Source: Pirellulaceae bacterium (GTDB taxonomy: Bacteria > Planctomycetota > Planctomycetia > Pirellulales > Pirellulaceae). From it: a stretch of DNA of 64,000 nucleotides. Position 1 is the first letter of the stretch; every line of letters begins with the position of its first letter. Below are positions 57,704 through 64,000 of the stretch, one piece after another. The notes beneath the pieces were generated by a model. That model saw only the letters and a program-made list of their open reading frames with translations, did no database searches and was not told the origin of the DNA. Location of the stretch: positions 528,446 through 592,445 of the forward strand of contig BPJV01000001.1 in assembly GCA_026004795.1 (NCBI GenBank), written 5' to 3'. The translations under genes were made by a program, and so were the position numbers.

Positions 57704-60700
57704 TTATAGAGAAACTTCTCCTTGGCGCTGCCGTGGTTCGAACCAACGGTAAACTGCGGGGAGCACCAGCAGGGTGAGAATCGTGCTGGTAATCAATCCG
57801 CCGATGACGACGGTAGCCAATGGGCGTTGAACTTCAGCCCCCGAGCTTGTCGAGATGGCCATGGGCAGGAAGCCCAAAGCCCCGCAAGAAGCGGTCATCA
57901 ACACGGGACGCAGGCGGTCCATGGCTCCTTGGACGACACTCTCTCGCTGCCCCGTGCCCGAGTGGCGCAGGTGCCGAACGTGCTCGATGAGCACCACTCC
58001 GTTCATCACCGCAATCCCGAACAGGGCAATAAATCCGACACCGGCGGAGATCGATAAGGGCATGCCGCGCGACCAGAGTGCTAGAATGCCTCCGGTGGCG
58101 GCGATGGGAACGTTGAGGTAGATCAACAAGGCGAGTCGCGCCGAGTTGAAGGTCATATACAGCAGGGAGAAGATGAGGAGTAGGGCTACCGGCACAGCAA
58201 CTGCCAACCTCTGCGCCGCTTGCTGAAGGTTTTCAAACTGGCCCCCCCAGCGAAGCAAATAACCGGGCGGCAATTCGACCTCAGCCTCGACGGCCTGCTG
58301 CGCCTCAGCCACGAAACTCCCCAGATCCCGACCGCGCACATTGCATTCGATCATCAACCGCCGGCGGATGGCATCGCGGTTGATGGCCACCGGTCCGTCC
58401 TCCAAACGGATGTCGGCCAATTGCGACAAGGGGATCTGTCGCCCGTGCGGATCGGCCACGCGGAGGTCCTTGATCTGCTCCGTACTTTCCCGCCAGTGCG
58501 GTGCCAGACGGACCTGCAGGGGAAAACGTCGCTGCCCTTCGAAGACCTGCCCCACCACGACTCCTCCCACCGTAGCCAAGGTATCCAACACGTCGCGAGT
58601 ACGGATACCATAGCGAGCCAATGCATCGCGTCGGACGCTCACCCGCAGGTAGGGCAGGCCAGCGACCTTCTCCGCTTGCACGTCGGCCGCACCGGGCACC
58701 TGTTGTAGTACGCGAACGATCTGGTCCCCTTTTTCCTTGAGCACCTCCATGTCATCGCCGTATAGACTGATCCCGATATCGGCCCGCACCCCGGCGACCA
58801 ACTCCTGCACCCGCAGTTCGATCGGCTGGGTAAAGCTGTACGCATTGCCGGGCACTTTTTCCGAGAGAGCGTCCTTCATCCGCTCGATCAGCTCTTCTTT
58901 GCTGCCCACCGTCCAACCACCTTTCGGACGCAACCGCACGATAATGTCGGTCTGGTAGACGCCCATCGGATCGTTGGCGATTTCGGGGCGCCCCGTTTTC
59001 GAGACCACCGACTCCACCTCGGGAAACTCGAGTAGGCAGCGCTCGATGGCCTGAGTCATTTCGATGGAAGTTTCCAGTGCAACACTTGGTAAGCGCGTCG
59101 CTTGAATGGCGATATCCCCTTCGTCGAGCTTAGGGACAAACTCGATTCCCATGCCGGATGCCAGCCACAAGCTGCCTGCGAAAACGATCATGGCGCTGAC
59201 GAAGAGCACGACCGGAAACTGCATGGCCCGCTGCAGCAGCGGAGCGTACCAGCGCTTCAACGCCTGCACCAACCGCGTTTCCCGCTCCTGAACGTGGCGG
59301 GCCAGGAACAGAGAGGCCATGACCGGCATGATGGTCACGGCGATCAACAAGGCAGCGGTCAGTGCCGACATGAAGGTAAACGCCATCGGACGAAACATTT
59401 TCCCTTCCACCCCAGTCAAGCTGAGGATGGGAACGAAGACGATGATGACGATCGTCCCAGCGAACAAAATGGGCTTGCCCACCTCCTTCGCCGACTCGCG
59501 AAATACCGCCAAGGGAACCCGCGCCGCATCATGCCGCCGACGATACTGCCCAGCGCGGCGCACGCAGTTCTCCACCATGACCACCGCCCCATCGACGATG
59601 ACGCCGAAGTCGATCGCCCCGAGACTCATCAAATTGGCGGAAACTCCCATGGAACGCATAGCAATGAGCGTGCACATGGCCGACAGCGGAATGGCGGCCG
59701 CGACGATCAATCCCGCGCGCACATCTCCCAACAGCAAGAAGAGCATGACGATGACCAGCACAATCCCCAAGCCGATGTTCTCGGCTACCGTGTGGATCGT
59801 GCGCTCGACCAACTCCGTCCGATCGTAGAATGTATCGATAACCACCCCCGGAGGCAGCGTCTTGCGGATCTCCGCCATGCGCTCTTTCACGTCATGAACG
59901 ACACGGCGCGAGTTCTCGCCCATCAGCATCATCACCATGCCAATGACCGCCTCGCGGTTCCCATCGCGCGTCACCGCCCCCTGCCGTAGCATGGGTGCAA
60001 AGTCCACGTTCGCCACGTCCCGCACGCGAATAGGAGTACCATCCACGCTTTTCAAGACGATCGAACGAATGTCGTCGAGCGACGTGATCAATCCCTCGCC
60101 CCGGATAAGTCGCTGCTCGGCATTGTGGACGATGTAACCGCCACCAGAATTCCCGTTATCCTCCTGCAGTGCACGGAATACTTCGTTGAGGGCGATCCCG
60201 TAACTTTGCAATTTCAACGGATCGACCTGAACCTCATACGTCTTCCATTCCCCACCGAACGTGTTGACTTCGATGACGCCGGGAACACTACGCAACTGGA
60301 ATGCGATTTGCCAATCGAGGATCGTGCGCAGATCACTCAACGAGTACTCGTAGCCCTCTTCGGCACGGACCTCGAACTGATAAATCTCACTCATCCCCGT
60401 GGCGATCGGCCCCAGCTCGGGAGTTCCCATGCCGGGCGGGATCTCTTCTCGCGCTTGCTGCAATCGCTCGTTGACCAGGTTGCGAGCCCAATAGATATCG
60501 GTCCCTTCAGTGAAAACAACCGTGACGGCGGACAGCCCCACACGGCTGATCGACCGAATCTCCTCCACGCGCGGAAGGCCGCTCATGGCGCTTTCGATAG
60601 GAAAGGTAATGAACTGCTCCACCTCCACCGGTCCCAAGGCAGGCGAATTGGTGAGGATCTGCACCTGCACGTTCGTCAGATCCGGTACGGCATCCAAGGG

Positions 60701-60802
60701 GATTCCCGAGGCAGCCATCACGCCGCCGACGAGAATCAACCCGGCGACCAACAGCACCAAAAACCGGTTATCCAGTGACCAATCGATGAGACGCACTAGC
60801 AT
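57704..60802 (-). CDS. czcA: CusA/CzcA-family heavy-metal efflux RND permease
   Basis: LDAVPDLTNVQVQI, LGAIDFGVIVDGAVVMVEN, LDEGD, GIAVMNGVV, RLRPVLMTA, QRPLATVVIGG. Confidence 0.93.
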   Translation of the reverse strand: MLVRLIDWSLDNRFLVLLVAGLILVGGVMAASGIPLDAVPDLTNVQVQILTNSPALGPVEVEQFITFPIESAMSGLPRVEEIRSISRVGLSAVTVVFTEGTDIYWARNLVNERLQQAREEIPPGMGTPELGPIATGMSEIYQFEVRAEEGYEYSLSDLRTILDWQIAFQLRSVPGVIEVNTFGGEWKTYEVQVDPLKLQSYGIALNEVFRALQEDNGNSGGGYIVHNAEQRLIRGEGLITSLDDIRSIVLKSVDGTPIRVRDVANVDFAPMLRQGAVTRDGNREAVIGMVMMLMGENSRRVVHDVKERMAEIRKTLPPGVVIDTFYDRTELVERTIHTVAENIGLGIVLVIVMLFLLLGDVRAGLIVAAAIPLSAMCTLIAMRSMGVSANLMSLGAIDFGVIVDGAVVMVENCVRRAGQYRRRHDAARVPLAVFRESAKEVGKPILFAGTIVIIVFVPILSLTGVEGKMFRPMAFTFMSALTAALLIAVTIMPVMASLFLARHVQERETRLVQALKRWYAPLLQRAMQFPVVLFVSAMIVFAGSLWLASGMGIEFVPKLDEGDIAIQATRLPSVALETSIEMTQAIERCLLEFPEVESVVSKTGRPEIANDPMGVYQTDIIVRLRPKGGWTVGSKEELIERMKDALSEKVPGNAYSFTQPIELRVQELVAGVRADIGISLYGDDMEVLKEKGDQIVRVLQQVPGAADVQAEKVAGLPYLRVSVRRDALARYGIRTRDVLDTLATVGGVVVGQVFEGQRRFPLQVRLAPHWRESTEQIKDLRVADPHGRQIPLSQLADIRLEDGPVAINRDAIRRRLMIECNVRGRDLGSFVAEAQQAVEAEVELPPGYLLRWGGQFENLQQAAQRLAVAVPVALLLIFSLLYMTFNSARLALLIYLNVPIAATGGILALWSRGMPLSISAGVGFIALFGIAVMNGVVLIEHVRHLRHSGTGQRESVVQGAMDRLRPVLMTASCGALGFLPMAISTSSGAEVQRPLATVVIGGLITSTILTLLVLPAVYRWFEPRQRQGEVSL

Positions 60803-60810
60803 GGGATCGG

Positions 60811-62301
60811 TTACTCCTCAAGCAAACTGGAGAGCATCAACGACTTGAGGACGAACGCGCCACGGGTGACGACTAGCTCTCCCTCCTTCAGACCGGCAGC
60901 AATGGCCGCGAGCGTCCGCGTGCTTTCCGCAACCTGAACGTCGCGTCGCTGATACTTTCCCGGCTCGAGCTGAACGAAGACGAACGTCTGGTTGTCATGT
61001 CGCTGGATGGCGCTGGTGGGGACCACCAACGCCGACCGTGCCTTCAGATCGGGCAAGCGAACGGTGACGAACATTCCGGGTTTGAGCAATCCCTCGTGAT
61101 TGTCGGCCCTGGCACGCAAACCTACGCTGCGCGTGGCATCATCGACCACGTCGCCGGTGTAAAAAACCGTGCCCACGAAGGTCCTCTCCGACCACGCATT
61201 GCTGAACACTTCGATCTGGGCGCCATCCAAGTTGTGTAGCAGTGGGATGTGCTCCTCGAAAATATCCGCAATGATCCACACCTGCGTCAGATCGGCGATG
61301 GCGAAGAGCAGCTTGTCCGGCCGTACCTGCTCGCGGAGGACGATATCTTTGGTGATCACCGTGCCATCGAACGGAGCACGGATGGGGTAGTCCGAGATGG
61401 CTTCCCCTAAGGCCTCCGGATCCACATCGGAGATCTGTGCTTCATCGACTCCCAGGATACGCAGGCTGGTCTCCGCCACCGCTACCCGTGTCTCTGCTTC
61501 CTGCAGTCGCTGGGACGCCTCGAGCTCTTGCAATTCCAATTCATGAGACGTCTCTTCCAACACGGCTTGAAACGCCGCCTGATCGGCATTGCGGTTGGTG
61601 ATGGCCGCCAGAATCGTTTTTTCCGCTACCGCTCCGGTATCCCGAATCGCTTGCAAACGCTGTACATCGGCTTCCGACTTCAGGTAGGCCGCGTAGGCGG
61701 ATAGCAACTGAGCGCGGTACTGGCCCATGCGCCGATCTCTGAAACGCCGCTCCACTTCCGCAAGCGACATCCCTTGCTTGAGCGCCTCCAACAATTCGAG
61801 CGTGTTGCGCGTGATTTCCACCGACCGCTCCAACTTGAGCTTTGCCAGGTTGCGCTGCAGGCGCGCTTGATAGAGGTCGAGTTTCGCTTGCCCCACTTCG
61901 CGGCTGTGAATCAGCGCTAACAGCTGCCCGGACTCGACGTCGTCGCCCAATTGCACGTCGACCGAATCAACCAACCCAGAGACCATGGGGTAGACGTGCG
62001 CCAGTCGATCCTCATTGATCGCGACGCGACCGGTCACCTCGATTGCTTCACCGAAGGGTTGGACCCGGCACGCCATCACGTCGATTCCCGCCGAGGCGAT
62101 CTGCTGCGCATCAAGTTGGATGACGGCAGCACCTTCCTCCTGCGGCTCTACAGCGTCCTCCGCCGCCAGTAGGTTCCGGTGACCGCCAGTCGCTGCCAGT
62201 CCCAGCAGGCAGACGAGCAATGCGAACTTCACGCCGCTGAACCGACCGAGACGGCCAGATTGATGCCGCCAGGGGACAACTATCGAGGGTGACACTCTCA
62301 T
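60811..62301 (-). CDS. CzcB/CusB-like RND periplasmic adaptor subunit
   Basis: TGRVAINEDRLAHV, IRAPFDGTV, IADLTQVWI, LKPGMFV, VPTSAIQ; start uncertain. Confidence 0.9.
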   Translation of the reverse strand: MRVSPSIVVPWRHQSGRLGRFSGVKFALLVCLLGLAATGGHRNLLAAEDAVEPQEEGAAVIQLDAQQIASAGIDVMACRVQPFGEAIEVTGRVAINEDRLAHVYPMVSGLVDSVDVQLGDDVESGQLLALIHSREVGQAKLDLYQARLQRNLAKLKLERSVEITRNTLELLEALKQGMSLAEVERRFRDRRMGQYRAQLLSAYAAYLKSEADVQRLQAIRDTGAVAEKTILAAITNRNADQAAFQAVLEETSHELELQELEASQRLQEAETRVAVAETSLRILGVDEAQISDVDPEALGEAISDYPIRAPFDGTVITKDIVLREQVRPDKLLFAIADLTQVWIIADIFEEHIPLLHNLDGAQIEVFSNAWSERTFVGTVFYTGDVVDDATRSVGLRARADNHEGLLKPGMFVTVRLPDLKARSALVVPTSAIQRHDNQTFVFVQLEPGKYQRRDVQVAESTRTLAAIAAGLKEGELVVTRGAFVLKSLMLSSLLEE

Positions 62302-62486
62302 GGGTGATGAACTCCTAACAAGAAGCAGCTTGGCATGCCAGCAGAGGGCATCGTGAGTTCGCTGAAAACGAACCGCTCGATCCGCATGCACGCACGAAGA
62401 GTTCGTGACGTCCAACAACAACTTGCAGCGGTCCGCGAAGAAGGCGACGACCGCCCGTCAGAGGGTTACGCGACGCGCAGAGGAGT

Positions 62487-62960
62487 TCAACACTGCAAGC
62501 TACAAAGAGCGACGCACAACAACCGACCGGTTGCGTCGCCCAAGTGCGGGAAGAGAGGGCCAGCGACGGTTGGCGATCGATGCTCAGGCAACCTGCCGGA
62601 CCCGACAGTGCACCATGAGGCATCGAGGACTAAGACGCCCTCCGGTGCCAGCCGATCAGGCTGCACGCCCACGCCCCCTTCCAGAACGGGCATGGCTCCC
62701 ACCACCCAGACTCCAGCCGAGCCAGGGATAGGACATGTGGTGGGGAATTCCCAATGGAAATGCACTCCATCGGCTTCATCCGCGTCGCCGCGGTGACACA
62801 GGTCGACGTGCTGCGCCAGCCACACGGCATTGCCGGGATCATCCGTCAAGCTCGCATGACTGTGCGCCACCGGATGCGGCCCCAGCGCAAACACCGCCAT
62901 CAAGGTGACGATGCTATGTGCTAGCTCGTTCGAGAACCTCACCCGCTCACGCGATAACAT
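62487..62960 (-). CDS. Small His-rich exported hypothetical protein leading the metal efflux operon
   Basis: Hydrophobic leader, then HPVAHSH, HVDLCH, HFHW; co-oriented upstream of czcBA. Confidence 0.55.
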   Translation of the reverse strand: MLSRERVRFSNELAHSIVTLMAVFALGPHPVAHSHASLTDDPGNAVWLAQHVDLCHRGDADEADGVHFHWEFPTTCPIPGSAGVWVVGAMPVLEGGVGVQPDRLAPEGVLVLDASWCTVGSGRLPEHRSPTVAGPLFPHLGDATGRLLCVALCSLQC

Positions 62961-63250
62961 CAGTTGCTCAATTCGTAGCTCGATGCAAAGAAATGACCTG
63001 CGGCAGCCGCGGTGGGATGGAACCTGGAACGGTGATGGAATCTGGAACGCAATTCAAGTATCGCTCGCCGCGTGAATCATCTCACGTCCCGACGTCCCGC
63101 GAATCCGGCTGTCCATCGTGAGTCTAATCAAGCCAGATACCGGAAGCAAGTCCGGCCTACCCTTCGCCCTGCACGCCTTCCACACCCCATCGGCCGTGAC
63201 GCGGCGGTCGCTAATCGCGGTCCATGCAGGGTCTTAGGCGTTGACCGAAG

Positions 63251-64000
63251 TCATTCGTCAACCTGAGCGCGAGCGGGCAGCAGCTCGTTGATCTCCTCGA
63301 TGAGCGCCGTGCGAAACTGCAATCGCGATACGGGCATATCGTCGGCCATACGCTGCTCCAAATCATGGACAACTTCCAACGCGGCGTAGGGCGCCGCCCA
63401 CACGACGGCTCCAATGACCGGATTGGAATCGGTAAAAAGGCGCTTGCCGAAGTACATCCAGTGCCAGTCGTCGAGCACGTTCTTGATGAGCTGGAGACTG
63501 ACCTCGGGTGATGTCACGGCCAATAGTCGGGCCGTGTAGGCCAGATTCGCCAGCGTATGATAAGAGTCGTAGGTCACCGGCGACGTCTCTAGGGCCGTGA
63601 AGACCAGTTGCTCGATCTCGCCGACCCGCAGGTCATCAAATCCTACTAGCGATTCGAGAACGCGTGTGTTGGGAGCCTGCATGTAATGGCCATCGGAAAC
63701 CGTGATCTTCCGCCATGCATCGCAGATCCGTTCGAAACTGCGCAGCCGCTCCGGACCTGCTTCCTGATGACGCGCGATGGCGATCAGTAAACGCAGTTTC
63801 GATGGGGAAGGTTCCGTTTGATTCGCCAACCACTCGAGCCAATCCGTCAAGGAACGATCGCGGCACAGCCATGGAAAGTTGGAATCGCACAGCTCCTCAA
63901 CTCCGTCCTCCCAATCGACCCCATATTGCTTGGCTAGGCGATCGGCCTCGTCGCGATTCGCTAACGACAGCCAGACCGCGGCGCCCGACTGCCAGTGGTC
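63251..64000 (-). CDS. Hypothetical protein, 5' truncated by window edge
   Basis: The frame of ORF 63251..63850 stays open for 50 more codons to position 64000 (DHWQSGAAVWLSLANRDEAD...). Confidence 0.7.
   Translation of the reverse strand, partial: DHWQSGAAVWLSLANRDEADRLAKQYGVDWEDGVEELCDSNFPWLCRDRSLTDWLEWLANQTEPSPSKLRLLIAIARHQEAGPERLRSFERICDAWRKITVSDGHYMQAPNTRVLESLVGFDDLRVGEIEQLVFTALETSPVTYDSYHTLANLAYTARLLAVTSPEVSLQLIKNVLDDWHWMYFGKRLFTDSNPVIGAVVWAAPYAALEVVHDLEQRMADDMPVSRLQFRTALIEEINELLPARAQVDE

Noticed and set aside
1-64000. Numerous long antisense or alternate-frame ORFs in the track (e.g. 486..1175, 5456..6223, 30501..31604, 59102..59989)
   Set aside because: They shadow well-supported genes, lack family motifs and are expected in high-GC DNA where stop codons are rare.
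1-64000. CRISPR arrays, tRNA/rRNA/tmRNA, integrases, transposases or terminal inverted repeats bounding the stress cluster
   Set aside because: I saw no regularly spaced repeats, RNA-gene signatures or recombinase motifs by eye, so the cluster cannot be called a mobile island. tRNAscan and Infernal were not run.

Overview
GC-rich bacterial chromosomal window, most consistent with a planctomycete (Pirellulales-like). The basis is planctomycete-type cytochrome c domains, an SHD1-domain protein, a membrane Ser/Thr kinase, a long NfeD and BON-MscS fusions. About 45 protein-coding genes are supported. I found no tRNA, rRNA, CRISPR array, integrase or transposase. Blocks in order: (1) end of a MoxR/DUF58 pair, a ThiO-like oxidase, a Ser/Thr kinase and a di-heme protein (1-6.5 kb). 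(2) A type I secretion-like ABC/HlyD/TolC operon whose ABC ATPase motifs are degenerate (6.7-12.3 kb). (3) A His-rich TolC, a Tat-exported two-domain multicopper oxidase and an APC permease (12.7-17.3 kb). (4) A ~17 kb general/osmotic-stress cluster around a PAS hybrid kinase and a sigma-54 enhancer-binding response regulator, with several good -24/-12 promoter matches (17.4-34.2 kb); this is the best candidate for an undescribed system. (5) GT2-like, YyaL, GH5-like, prepilin-peptidase-like, pyrG, beta-propeller, cytochrome c peroxidase, site-2 protease, NfeD, a large hypothetical, a sugar-binding protein, an AMMECR1-Memo fusion and an SHD1 protein (35-57.6 kb). (6) A CzcA/CzcB metal efflux pair with a His-rich leader gene and a partial hypothetical gene (57.7-64 kb). 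Two genes (the sigma-54 activator and the GH5-like gene) are broken by an apparent single extra base in a short homopolymer, which may be assembly error. All family calls come from motif recognition by eye, not from database searches.
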